The notes under the pieces are model-generated. The model was not told the DNA's origin, made no database searches, and was given only the letters and a program-made list of their open reading frames with translations. Shown here one piece after another: positions 10,166 to 19,672 of a DNA stretch of 64,000 nucleotides. The DNA is from an uncultured bacterium (GTDB lineage: Bacteria > Patescibacteriota > Doudnabacteria > UBA920): assembly GCA_963749445.1 (NCBI GenBank), contig CAVVMJ010000005.1, positions 98,915 through 162,914 of the forward strand, in the 5' to 3' direction. Numbering within the stretch: the first letter of the stretch is position 1; each line of letters begins with the position of its first letter. The position numbers and the translations under genes were made by a program.

Positions 10166-10188
10166 TTATTTAACCATATGGTTGAATA
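10166..10188. promoter_or_regulatory. Palindromic ArsR operator overlapping the start codon; TTGACA at 10140
   Basis: TATTTAACCATATGGTTGAATA inverted repeat containing the ATG at 10178. Confidence 0.6.
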
Positions 10189-10568
10189 CCATCCAAATTT
10201 TGGTAAAATTGAAAAATTATTTAACGGGGTAAACCTAAGTTCCACCTTTCGGCTCTTTGGCAGACCCGACCCGGCGCGACATTTTACAGCGGGTGGCAAA
10301 AAGACAGCTTAGCGTAAGCGAGATAGCGAAAGCCTATAAGCTGACGTTCGCGGCGGTGTCCAAACATCTGAAAGTCCTGGAAAAAGCCGGGCTGGTAACC
10401 AAGCGCAGGCAAGGCAAGCAGCAATATATTCTTTTGGCGCCCGAAGCCCTGCGGCCGCCAAAAAAATATCTGAAGCACTGCCAGATTCTCTGGGAAAGCC
10501 GGCTTCATCCTTTGGCGGCATACCTACCTAACTTGAATCATCCGCATAAAGCTTTAAAGAAAGCTTAG
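10178..10568 (+). CDS. ArsR/SmtB transcription regulator, with an apparent frameshift near 10250
   Basis: ADPTRRDIL, AVSKHLKVLEKAGLV. The natural start MVEY at 10178 is out of frame with the 10257 ORF. Confidence 0.75.
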
Positions 10569-10588
10569 GCGGCAAGGGGGAACTAAAT

Positions 10589-10690
10589 ATGAATATTATG
10601 AGCAGCCAGACTGCCGGTAATCGGAAAGTTCTCGTCATAGAGCGCGTTTTTAGCGCGCCGCGCATGCCCGTCTAAAAAGCGCTTACCGAT
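10589..10690 (+). pseudogene. Remnant of an SRPBCC/AHA1 partner gene
   Basis: Reads ..KVLVIERVFSAPRMPV*KALTD, matching the SRPBCC N-terminus (IERVFDAPRELVWKAxTD) with the Trp replaced by a stop. Confidence 0.6.
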
Positions 10691-10886
10691 TATGATAACT
10701 GTCCACGATAATGCGAAAATCCATGGGAAAATGCGGGACTACCGGGATATGTACCTTACCGGCGGCCGCGAGGTTTATCAGGTTATGTAGAAATTTGTCA
10801 TGTTTGAACCGGCATGGACTTTCCGCGGTTTTTTTGATAAATTTAAACTGTGATAAATGGATCTTACCAGAAATCAATAAAAATTC

Positions 10887-11402
10887 ATGGTAGACATAAG
10901 CAATAAGGCAACCTTTCAGGACAATAATTTTGAAACGGCCAAAGACGAGTATTTTGATTTGCGCTGCAAATCCTGCGACAAGTTGCTGGCAAAATTGAAT
11001 CCCCAAGACGCCCGTTTGGACTTGCGGTGCCACCGCTGCGGCGGCATAAATTCCGTTTCTTACGGCACCGACCAGCAGGTGTATTTAACCGACAACGTGG
11101 GTAAAATACTCTACGTCAACGAACAGGTGGAGCAAATAACCGGCTATAGCGCGGAAGAAGTCTTGGGCAAAACTCCGGCGATTTGGGGCAGGCAAATGCC
11201 GCAGGACTTTTACCGCAAGCTCTGGAAGGATATTTTGGAAAAAAAGGAAACGGTTGTGGTCCACATTGTCAATCGCCGCAAGAACGGCCAGCTTTACAAA
11301 GCCCGCACCAGCATTTTTCCCATTTTGAACGAAAAGGGGAAGGTCAGCCACTTTTTGGGCATCCAGACAGTTACGGAAAAAATCGGCGAGCTTTTGGACT
11401 GA
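10887..11402 (+). CDS. Com-like zinc ribbon fused to a PAS domain
   Basis: DLRCKSCDKLLAK...LRCHRCGGIN, then TDNVGKILYVN..ITGYSAEEVLGK..NRRKNG. Confidence 0.8.
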   Translation: MVDISNKATFQDNNFETAKDEYFDLRCKSCDKLLAKLNPQDARLDLRCHRCGGINSVSYGTDQQVYLTDNVGKILYVNEQVEQITGYSAEEVLGKTPAIWGRQMPQDFYRKLWKDILEKKETVVVHIVNRRKNGQLYKARTSIFPILNEKGKVSHFLGIQTVTEKIGELLD

Positions 11403-11449
11403 AAAAATTTATCTATCATTAAGGAAAATCAACATTAATTTTAAATTCT

Positions 11450-11854
11450 ATGAAAGGTTATGCAGATAATATAGAAGAGGCGACTTTAAAAAACAGTAAT
11501 TTTCGCAAAGTGCTGTATACCGCCAAGCACAGCCAGCTGGTGTTGATGAGTTTAAAGCCCAAAGAGGAAATCGGCATGGAAGTCCACAAGGATAACGACC
11601 AATTTTTCCGTTTTGAGCGGGGGCAGGGCAAATGTTTTATTGACGGCAACGAGTATGATGTCGCGGACGGGTCAGCCGTCATTGTTCCGGCCGGAGCCGA
11701 GCACAACGTGGTTAACACTTCCGAAACTAAAGAATTAAAGCTCTACACCATTTACTCCCCGGCCCACCATAAAGACGGGATAGTGCGCGCGACCAAAGCG
11801 CAAGCCGAAGCCAAGGAAAACGACGAAGAGTTTGACGGCGTGACTACTGAATAG
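11450..11854 (+). CDS. Cupin domain protein
   Basis: EIGMEVH..DQFFRFE.G and VIVPAGAEHNV motifs. Confidence 0.92.
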   Translation: MKGYADNIEEATLKNSNFRKVLYTAKHSQLVLMSLKPKEEIGMEVHKDNDQFFRFERGQGKCFIDGNEYDVADGSAVIVPAGAEHNVVNTSETKELKLYTIYSPAHHKDGIVRATKAQAEAKENDEEFDGVTTE

Positions 11855-11927
11855 ATAATAAGTGCAAGCTTTAAGTTATGGCTGCCATTTTTTGATCATT
11901 AACTATGAGAACTTAGGCTCCGGGGTG

Positions 11928-12042
11928 TTCCATCCCGACCGACGACGAGTGCATCCGAGGAGGAGTGGAGGGATCTGTTCAAACAGTAAGTAATAGATTC
12001 CTCGACTCGTCCTCAGCTGCATTCGGACTCGCTCGGAATGGA
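11928..12042. repeat. Palindromic miniature element (TTCCATCCCGA...TCGGAATGGAA)
   Basis: Imperfect terminal inverted repeats; GAGGGATCT/AGATTCCTC inner stem; related to 50066-50133. Confidence 0.7.
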
Positions 12043-12096
12043 ACGTCAATGTGCAGTTAGAACCTTACAGCTCTGCTCCGGGGAGGATTCATTCTT

Positions 12097-12675
12097 ATGG
12101 ACACTCTCATCAACAAAACCGCAACCGCTTTGGTGGTGATTGATTTGCAAAAAGGCATTACTTCCATGCCGGCCAAGCCGCACGACGGCAAAATTGTAAT
12201 TGCCAATGCCGCCAAACTGGCCAAGGCTTTTAGGAAAAATAATATGCCGGTGTTTTTGGTGAGGATTTTAACATCAACTGACGGGAAAGACCGGCTGGCA
12301 CCAATCGTAGACGGCGAAAACCCGTGGTCAAGTCGCCAGATGCCGGCTGATTGGAGTGAAATTGTCCCAGAACTCGGGCCGGAACCAACCGATTTTATTA
12401 TTACCAAAAAACAGTGGGGAGCGTTTTACGGCACGGACCTGGATTTGCAGCTCCGCCGCAGGAAAATAGACACCATCGTCCTTTGCGGCATTGCCACTAA
12501 CATCGGCGTGGAAAGCACGGCGCGCTTTGCTTTTGAATACGGTTTTCAGCAAATTTTCGCGGAAGACGTCATGAGCGGCCGCAGCGCGGAAGAACACGAA
12601 TTTACCGTAAAAACTATTTTTCCCCGCCTTGGCCGCGTTCGAAGTGCCGAAGATATTTTAGCAGGCTTGGGATAG
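12097..12675 (+). CDS. Isochorismatase-family cysteine hydrolase (YecD-like)
   Basis: ALVVIDLQKG, TKKQWGAFYGTDL, GIATNIGVESTAR. Confidence 0.93.
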   Translation: MDTLINKTATALVVIDLQKGITSMPAKPHDGKIVIANAAKLAKAFRKNNMPVFLVRILTSTDGKDRLAPIVDGENPWSSRQMPADWSEIVPELGPEPTDFIITKKQWGAFYGTDLDLQLRRRKIDTIVLCGIATNIGVESTARFAFEYGFQQIFAEDVMSGRSAEEHEFTVKTIFPRLGRVRSAEDILAGLG

Positions 12676-12685
12676 AGATGTGTTA

Positions 12686-12713
12686 AAAACCAGCCTTACT
12701 CGGCTGGTTTTTT
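12686..12713. terminator. Bidirectional terminator between convergent genes
   Basis: AAAACCAGCC-TTACTC-GGCTGGTTTTTT. Confidence 0.6.
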
Positions 12714-12992
12714 ATCTAGCTCATAATCTACAGTCCAAATTTCATCGCCTTGTGCCGCCAATTGATTTGCGATGGCTTCCGCGGACCATCCAGGCGGCTG
12801 TAGTCCCGGGGAGATTCCACGGTATGTTTTATTGTTTATTACCGCAACCGCGACATAATTGTCAAAAGTACTTTTATAGATACTGACCGGTATTACTTCT
12901 GCCTTACCATCTGTTTCCCTTCGTAAGTTGGTTGTGGCTATTGGCTTTCCGGATTCCACGTCGGGCAATGTTCCCAAAGTCTCTTCACGCAT
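12696..12992 (-). CDS. Hypothetical protein at the end of the pur operon
   Basis: 98-aa ORF starting 2 nt after the purB stop. Confidence 0.55.
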   Translation of the reverse strand: MREETLGTLPDVESGKPIATTNLRRETDGKAEVIPVSIYKSTFDNYVAVAVINNKTYRGISPGLQPPGWSAEAIANQLAAQGDEIWTVDYELDKKPAE

Positions 12993-12994
12993 AG

Positions 12995-14383
12995 TTATAG
13001 GTTAGCTAATTTTGATGCCAAACCGGTGTAATTTTCCGGCGTGAAAGATTTGAGTTCTTTTTTTACGGCATCGGAAACATCCAAATTATCAATGAACCGG
13101 TGAATATCCGCCAGCGTAATTTGTTTGCCGCGAGTTAACTCTTTTAATTGTTCGTACGGCATTTTTACGCCTTCGCGCCGCAAAATGGTTTGAATGGCTT
13201 CGGCCACGACTTCGGGATGGCTGTTTAGATCTTCGCGCACTTTTTGTTCGTTGATTGTTATCCGCGACAAACCCTTGAGTAAATATTCATAAGCGATCAA
13301 ACAATGCGCTAAAGCGGTGCCAAAATTTCTTTCCACCGTGGAATCAGACAAATCCCTTTGAAGGCGAGAGATCGGCAGTTTGCGGGAAAAGAACTCAAAC
13401 AGCGCGTTGGCCATTCCCAAATTTCCTTCGCTGTTTTCAAACTTAATCGGATTAATTTTGTGCGGCATGGTGGAGCTTCCCACGGCACCTTCCACGGGTT
13501 TTTGCACAATCCATTCATCACTAATGTAGCGCCAAATGTCCTGGTTAAAATCAATCAAGATGGTGTTAATGCGACGGAGGTTGTCAAAAATTTCAGCCTC
13601 GCTGTCGTGCGGGTCAATTTGCGTGGCAACAAGGTTTGGCTCTAAGGCAATCAAGCGATTGCGATTGAGGATTTTGATAAATTTTTTGGAAAATTCAACC
13701 CAGTTTATTCTTGGAAAGGCCGCCACGGCCGCGTTAAAGTTGCCCGTGGCGCCGCTGAATTTTACGGAAACTCTTTGGCTTCTTAATTGGTTCAGCTGTT
13801 TTTTTAACCGGTAGCCGAAGACTTTAAATTCTTTGCCAAAGGTGGTGGGGGAGGCGCTTTGGCCGTGGGTGCGGGCCAGCATGGGAAGATTTTTATATTT
13901 TTTGGACAAAGTCTCAAAGGCTTTTTGGATTTTATCGAGCCTGGGAATAATTACCTCTTCCAAGCCTTCGCTTAACATCAGCGCCCGCGCCGGGGTGTTA
14001 ATGTCGTAAGAAGTTAGGGCAAAATGAACCCATTCCAAAACATCCTTAAGCGAGGTATTGGTTAATTTATCTTTGATATAGTATTCCACGGCTTTGACGT
14101 CGTGGTCCGTGGCTTTGATGTTTTTGTAGCCTTTGGTTTCGATGTCGGAAATTATTTGAGCATCGGCATCCGATAAATCGTAAAGCGAGCGGACGAGGGT
14201 TTTTTCTTTAACGGATAAAGATCGCAGGTATTTTTTTGTACCCGGAAGCTCGGAAAGCGCGATTAAGTATTCGCCTTCCACGGCAATTCGATATTTCATC
14301 AAAGCAGCTTCTCTGAAATATTGCGCGAGCGGTTCGGTGGTTTTGCGGTATCGGCCGTCGATGGGGGATATGGAATTTAGCAT
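12995..14383 (-). CDS. purB: Adenylosuccinate lyase
   Basis: ISPIDGRY, ARTHGQ, GSSTMPHKINPIKFENSEGN. Confidence 0.98.
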   Translation of the reverse strand: MLNSISPIDGRYRKTTEPLAQYFREAALMKYRIAVEGEYLIALSELPGTKKYLRSLSVKEKTLVRSLYDLSDADAQIISDIETKGYKNIKATDHDVKAVEYYIKDKLTNTSLKDVLEWVHFALTSYDINTPARALMLSEGLEEVIIPRLDKIQKAFETLSKKYKNLPMLARTHGQSASPTTFGKEFKVFGYRLKKQLNQLRSQRVSVKFSGATGNFNAAVAAFPRINWVEFSKKFIKILNRNRLIALEPNLVATQIDPHDSEAEIFDNLRRINTILIDFNQDIWRYISDEWIVQKPVEGAVGSSTMPHKINPIKFENSEGNLGMANALFEFFSRKLPISRLQRDLSDSTVERNFGTALAHCLIAYEYLLKGLSRITINEQKVREDLNSHPEVVAEAIQTILRREGVKMPYEQLKELTRGKQITLADIHRFIDNLDVSDAVKKELKSFTPENYTGLASKLANL

Positions 14384-14387
14384 AGTT

Positions 14388-14410
14388 GTAGCGTGCCGAT
14401 TTATCGGCGT
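14388..14410 (+). repeat. GTAG-type REP
   Basis: GTAGCGTGCCGATTTATCGGCGT; exact inverted copy at 14844-14866. Confidence 0.85.
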
Positions 14411-14415
14411 CTAAG

Positions 14416-14829
14416 TTATTTGTAGAATTGATCAAATTTAAGCAATAATTCTTGGGGATTATTTTGAATGTATTCCCGAATTTTAGTCAGGGCTTTTTCG
14501 TTTCTGACAACGTGTTCATAATAATTCGATTGCCAAAGATTTTGCCCGAAGGTATGGGAAACCTTGGCTTTAAATCTTCGGACGATCTCTCCCAGGTGCA
14601 ATTTGCAGTTGTGAAGGATGAAAATTATATGGATATGATTAGGCATAATCACAAAATAATCCAGTTCAATACCCGGGGTCTTAGATTGGAGGTCTTGCAA
14701 TTCGTTTTCCACTAGAATTTCATTATTTTGAAATAAGTTTTGCCTTAATTTGGCCACAGCGGTCACGAAGTAATATCCATCGGACGTATAATCATATTGT
14801 TTTAGACGAATGTTTTTTCTTCCGTCCAT
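14416..14829 (-). mobile_element. REP-associated tyrosine transposase (RAYT/TnpA-REP, Y1 HUH)
   Basis: RKNIRL..YDY...YFVT, MPNHIH (HUH), WQSNYYEHVVR, YIQNNP; flanked by REPs. Confidence 0.92.
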
Positions 14830-14843
14830 AGGATTGTCCTTCG

Positions 14844-14902
14844 ACGCCGATAAATCGGCACGCTACATAGACCGGTGGGTGTAGCGTGCCCATTTATGGG
14901 CG
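14844..14902. repeat. Two REPs upstream of RAYT
   Basis: 14844-14866 is the inverted copy; 14881-14902 (GTAGCGTGCCCATTTATGGGCG) has compensatory stem changes. Confidence 0.85.
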
Positions 14903-14903
14903 A

Positions 14904-15872
14904 TCAGTGTATTTGGTATTTTTTAAGGTTATGCTCAATCCTCTCCGCAATCGGCGTTTGTAAATCCGTTTCAAATTTTTTGCCGGTAATTTGTTCGTAG
15001 ATTTGTATATATCTTGACGACAGCTCGGCAACCATGTCGGCGGGGGCAGCGGGCAAAACTTTGTCTTTGTAGGGGTCGGAATGTTCCTTAAACCACAGGC
15101 GCAGGAACTCTTTGTCAAAATTTTGCGGCTCCTGGCCCGCGTTTATGCGTTCTTGATATGAATCCGCCTGCCAATACCGGGAAGAGTCCGGCGTATGGAT
15201 TTCATCTATTAACGTTAATTTGCCATCATCAGCCAGCCCAAATTCGTACTTGGTATCAACCAAAATCAGCCCGCGGTTTAGCGCTACTTCCTGGCCGCGC
15301 TTAAAAAGTTTGATGGCAATATCGGCTAATTGTTTCCACAATTTTTCCGTCACGATTTTTTCTTTGATGATGTCAGCCGCGCTCAAGGGCCGGTCGTGCT
15401 CATCGGATTTAGTGGTTGGAGTTAGCACTGGTTTATCAAGTTTCCGATTTTTTTTCATCCCGTCGGGCAAAGTAAAATCGCCAAAATTCCGCTCGCCCTT
15501 TTGGTACAAAGTCCACAGCGCGGTACCGGTAACGCCGGTAATGTAGCCTCGCACCACCATTTCAAGGGGAATTACAGAACACTTTTTTACCACTACCGCG
15601 TTGGGGTCGGGGCAATCGATGATGTGATTTTGGATAATATCCTTAGTCTGGTCAAACCAAAACTTGCTGGTCTGCGTAAGCACTTGGCCTTTAAAGGGGA
15701 TAAGCGCAAGATTGCGGTCAAATGCTGAATATCTATCCGTGGATACTAAAATCAGTCTATCCGCCTGGGTATAAATATCCCTTACCTTGCCCTGCCTACG
15801 TTGTCCAAAATTTTTAAATTCCGTTTTTTCCAAGACACGGTGTATGTTTTTTTCGATTGTTTGTTTGTCCAT
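14904..15872 (-). CDS. purC: SAICAR synthetase
   Basis: GKVRDIY, DRYSAFD, DTKYEFG, DEIHTPDSSRYW; start at MDKQ. Confidence 0.97.
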   Translation of the reverse strand: MDKQTIEKNIHRVLEKTEFKNFGQRRQGKVRDIYTQADRLILVSTDRYSAFDRNLALIPFKGQVLTQTSKFWFDQTKDIIQNHIIDCPDPNAVVVKKCSVIPLEMVVRGYITGVTGTALWTLYQKGERNFGDFTLPDGMKKNRKLDKPVLTPTTKSDEHDRPLSAADIIKEKIVTEKLWKQLADIAIKLFKRGQEVALNRGLILVDTKYEFGLADDGKLTLIDEIHTPDSSRYWQADSYQERINAGQEPQNFDKEFLRLWFKEHSDPYKDKVLPAAPADMVAELSSRYIQIYEQITGKKFETDLQTPIAERIEHNLKKYQIH

Positions 15873-15916
15873 ATTTTTTACTATTCTCGTATTCGCGCGA
15901 ATTAGAGATCGATATT

Positions 15917-16954
15917 TTAATTCCAATTTAATTGCCCTTCAAATTCAACAAGCTTATTTCCTTCTTTAATGACTCCGATTTCGTAAGCATCCACGCCGTA
16001 TTTTTTTAAATGCAGGATGGTTTCATCAACAAATGATTTTTTGACAACAGCGGCAATGCCGACCCCCATATTGAACGTCCTTAACATATCGGCGTCTTCC
16101 AATTGCCCGATTTTTTTTAACGTTTTAAATATCGGCAGGATTTTTATTTTATTAATATCTACCAGCGCGTTCAGGTTATTGGGTAGTATGCGGTTAAGGT
16201 TCTCTTTAATGCCGCCGCCCGTAATATGAGCCAAGCCCACTAATTCCTTTTTTGGAAATAAATCCTTCAGCGAGTTGTAATAGCAGCGATGGGGAGTAAG
16301 TACGGCTTGGATAAAAGGCTTGCCGTCAATATTTTCTTTTAGGATTTCAGGAAACTTTTCCATTAATTTTCTAACCAGAGAAATGCCGTTAGTATGCACT
16401 CCGTTGGATGCCAGAGCCAGCACAACATCTCCTTTTTTAATTTTTGATCCGTCGATAATCAAATTTTTTTCCACCACTCCGGTGATGCTTGCTGTCAAAA
16501 TATAAGTTCCGGCTTCCACCACTCCGGGTTGTTCCGAAGTTTCCCCTCCGGTTAAAACACAGCCATTTTCTTTGCAGGCTGTCGAAATTGATGAAACGAT
16601 TTTTAAAATAACTTCTTTTTCCATTTTTCCGCAGACAATGCAGTCCTGTACGGAAAGAGGTTTTGCCCCCATTACAATGGCATCGTTGATCAAATGGCCG
16701 ATAAGGTCGTAGCAGATTGTTTCAATACTGCCATGTTGCAAGGCCAGTTTTTGTTTGGTGCCCGGCTCTTCGGTTTTGAATACCAAAATCGGATGTTTGT
16801 ATTCTGGAAAAGACCCGTCAAAAAGGCTGGCGAAAGCCCCAATCCTGTTCAGGACTTTGGAGTCAGAAGTTTCTAAAGCTTTGGCCATTTGGCGTTTGGT
16901 GTCGTTGGCCACGTCTATATCTACACCGGATGTTTTGTACGATAGTTTTGTCAT
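15917..16954 (-). CDS. purM: AIR synthetase
   Basis: YKTSGVDI, GGETSEQPG, AHITGGG, RTFNMGVG. Confidence 0.97.
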   Translation of the reverse strand: MTKLSYKTSGVDIDVANDTKRQMAKALETSDSKVLNRIGAFASLFDGSFPEYKHPILVFKTEEPGTKQKLALQHGSIETICYDLIGHLINDAIVMGAKPLSVQDCIVCGKMEKEVILKIVSSISTACKENGCVLTGGETSEQPGVVEAGTYILTASITGVVEKNLIIDGSKIKKGDVVLALASNGVHTNGISLVRKLMEKFPEILKENIDGKPFIQAVLTPHRCYYNSLKDLFPKKELVGLAHITGGGIKENLNRILPNNLNALVDINKIKILPIFKTLKKIGQLEDADMLRTFNMGVGIAAVVKKSFVDETILHLKKYGVDAYEIGVIKEGNKLVEFEGQLNWN

Positions 16955-17466
16955 TTATTTTCCAAATATTTTTTATATCCCTGTTCTTCCAATTTTTTGG
17001 ATTTTTCGTTTACGACTTCCGCCATTGTTTTTTTGTAGTCAACTAATTTTTTTGCTAAATTTTCATCCGCTATCGCTAAAATTTGTATGGCTAACAACCC
17101 GGCGTTTTTGGCGCCGTCGATGGCGACCGTGGCAACGGGGATGCCCGGGGGCATTTGCATGGTGGAGAGCAGGGCGTCCAGGCCTTCCAGTTTCCAGTTT
17201 ATGGGCACGCCGATTATTGGCAGGGTAGTGTTGGCTGCCATAGTTCCTGCCAAATGCGCGGCACCGCCCGCGCTGGCAATTATCACTTTGAGGCCGCGCG
17301 AAACTGCCGTAGTTGCATACTCGCGCGCCCGTTCCGGCGTCCTGTGCGCGGAATTCACGCTCATCTCAAAAGCCACGCCAAATTCCTCCAAAACCTTAAC
17401 CGCTTCCTGCATCACTTTAAGGTCGGAGTCCGAGCCCAAAATTATTCCTATAAGTGGTTTGTCCAT
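16951..17466 (-). CDS. purE: N5-CAIR mutase / AIR carboxylase
   Basis: GSDSD, SAHRTP, GGAAHLAG, QMPPGIPVATV. Confidence 0.98.
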   Translation of the reverse strand: MDKPLIGIILGSDSDLKVMQEAVKVLEEFGVAFEMSVNSAHRTPERAREYATTAVSRGLKVIIASAGGAAHLAGTMAANTTLPIIGVPINWKLEGLDALLSTMQMPPGIPVATVAIDGAKNAGLLAIQILAIADENLAKKLVDYKKTMAEVVNEKSKKLEEQGYKKYLENK

Positions 17467-17514
17467 AGGTCTATTTTAGCATAAGTCTTATAGGTCTGAT
17501 AGGATGGATAAGAC

Positions 17515-18195
17515 TTATTTGCCGTTTAATTTTTTGATAATGCCGATTAAATCTTTCATATTGTGTATAAGAAAGTCGGGATGGTGCTTTTTTAGGCGGG
17601 CGGTGGTGTTAAACCCTCCGGTTATTCCAACTGTATAGAACCCCAATTTTTTTCCGATCTCCAGTTCTTCTTCGGTGTCGCCGATAGAAATTACCTCTTT
17701 TGGTTTATAATGTTCTATTTTTACAAAAGCATGGAGTTTTTGCTCTTTGGTCCTGTCGTGCAAGTGGGAATGGATGTCGGCCGGTGTTCTTGCTAAAGTC
17801 TTTGTAATTAATTTTTTTAAACCTAATCTTTTAAGTTGTCTTTCGATGTCAGTAACAACATGGTTGCTGTAAATTATCGCATTAATGTTATTTTTGTCCA
17901 GCCACTCAAGCGCAGGCCTGACTCCGTTCCTGCTCCTTACTTTTGCCACCCTTTTTTCGTATAATTTATAGAAAAAATCCCATTGTTTAACCGCGAATTT
18001 TTCAAAATTTTCTTTTGGACAGCCGTTGGCTTCGTAAAATTTATATATGGGGACGTGGAATGTATCGCGAAATTGTTTTAAGGTTATGGGGCCGTACCCA
18101 AAAGCTTCCAAAGTTTTGCTGCTTATTTCCCCATGGGCTATTGTGTCGGCCAACAGGGTGCCGTTCCAGTCAAAGGCGATTAATTTTATAGCCAT
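17515..18195 (-). CDS. HAD-family hydrolase
   Basis: FDWNGTL and IGDTEEE motifs. Confidence 0.9.
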   Translation of the reverse strand: MAIKLIAFDWNGTLLADTIAHGEISSKTLEAFGYGPITLKQFRDTFHVPIYKFYEANGCPKENFEKFAVKQWDFFYKLYEKRVAKVRSRNGVRPALEWLDKNNINAIIYSNHVVTDIERQLKRLGLKKLITKTLARTPADIHSHLHDRTKEQKLHAFVKIEHYKPKEVISIGDTEEELEIGKKLGFYTVGITGGFNTTARLKKHHPDFLIHNMKDLIGIIKKLNGK

Positions 18196-18244
18196 AAAAT
18201 TTTTCTACTAAATACTAAAGGGGCTAAATACGAAAAGTTCGACC

Positions 18245-19672
18245 TCATCTGCCGCTCGTAGATGCTACTGGCGACATCTTCTCCTTGCCAGGAGAAGAGG
18301 GAAACACGGATAAGGATTGCTGGCCGATGTCTGTTCTATAATGCATACCGTCAAAGTTTATAAGATTTACAGCGGCGTAAGCTTTGTTGAGGGCGGATTG
18401 TAAATCATCAGCAATTGCCGTGACTCCGAGGACTCGGCCGCCGTTTGTTACCAACCTCTCCCGGCCTTCGGCCGCCCTCCCCTCATCCCTCGACTCCGCT
18501 CGGGGTGACCTTGAGCTTGCCGAAAGGTCATGAGGGGAGGGGCGGGGAGAGGTTGCAGTACCGGCGTGGAAAATTACAATATCACCAAGCTTTTCCGCTT
18601 GTTCTATGCCGGTTATTGGCAAACCTTTTTCGTATTTGCCCGGGTAGCCGCCGCTGGCTAAGACAATACAGCAGGCAAAGCCCGGGTGCCATTCAATTTT
18701 AATTTTATCTAAAGTTCCTTCCACACTAGCCATCAGGACATCAAAAAGATCGGTTTTCATCAGTCTCATCAAACTTTGCATTTCCGGGTCACCGAAACGG
18801 CAGTTAAATTCAATAACCTTGGGGCCGTCATCCGTTAAAATTAATCCGGGATATAACAGTCCCATAAATGGCGAACTTTCTTTTTTTAGGGCTTTGAGGA
18901 TGGGGGTGACTATGGTATTGGCAACGGTATTTAAAAGATTTTGATTTACCCACGGCACTGGAGCAATAGTGCCCATGCCGCCGGTGTTCGGGCCCTTTCC
19001 GTCGTCAAAAATAGGCTTATGATCTTGCGCCGAAGGCAAGAGTTGGAAGTTTTTGCCGTCGCAAAAAGCGTGGATGGAAAATTCCGGTCCTTGTAAAAAT
19101 TCTTCTATGACTACGTCGTTGCCTGCGTCGCCGAATACTTTTTCCACCATCGCGGCCTTTAGCGCGGCCTTAGCTTCGGTCATTGTCTTGCATACTGTTA
19201 CGCCTTTTCCCAAAGCAAGGCCCGAAGCTTTAATAACTATGGGGGCTTTTATGGTTTCCAGATATTTAAGCGCGTGGTCGTAATTGCTAAAGACTTGGAA
19301 GCGCGCGGTCGGGATATTGGCTTTTTGCATCAAGTCTTTGGCAAAGGCTTTGGAAGCTTCTATGCGCGCCGCCGCCTGGGTCGGCCCCCAAATCAGCAGT
19401 TTGCGTTTTTTAAATTTATTGACAATCCCCAAAGCCAGCGGGTCATCTTGTCCCACTACCGTCAAATCAATTTTCTTTTTTTCCGCAAAATCAGCTAAGG
19501 CATCAATATCTGTGGCTTTGATGTCGATGTTCTCGGCGACTTGCGCCGTGCCGCCGTTGCCCGGGGCCACATAAATTTTCCCGACTTTGGGTGACTGTTT
19601 TAGTTTCCACGCCAAAGCGTGCTCCCGCCCGCCGCCGCCGATGATTAAGATTTTAGATAAGTTTTGCCTCAT
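18245..19672 (-). CDS. purD: Phosphoribosylamine-glycine ligase, with an in-frame palindromic insert
   Basis: GGGGREHAL, QDHK, GPNTGGMG, EFNCRFGDPE, TNGGRVL. Confidence 0.97.
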   Translation of the reverse strand: MRQNLSKILIIGGGGREHALAWKLKQSPKVGKIYVAPGNGGTAQVAENIDIKATDIDALADFAEKKKIDLTVVGQDDPLALGIVNKFKKRKLLIWGPTQAAARIEASKAFAKDLMQKANIPTARFQVFSNYDHALKYLETIKAPIVIKASGLALGKGVTVCKTMTEAKAALKAAMVEKVFGDAGNDVVIEEFLQGPEFSIHAFCDGKNFQLLPSAQDHKPIFDDGKGPNTGGMGTIAPVPWVNQNLLNTVANTIVTPILKALKKESSPFMGLLYPGLILTDDGPKVIEFNCRFGDPEMQSLMRLMKTDLFDVLMASVEGTLDKIKIEWHPGFACCIVLASGGYPGKYEKGLPITGIEQAEKLGDIVIFHAGTATSPRPSPHDLSASSRSPRAESRDEGRAAEGRERLVTNGGRVLGVTAIADDLQSALNKAYAAVNLINFDGMHYRTDIGQQSLSVFPSSPGKEKMSPVASTSGR

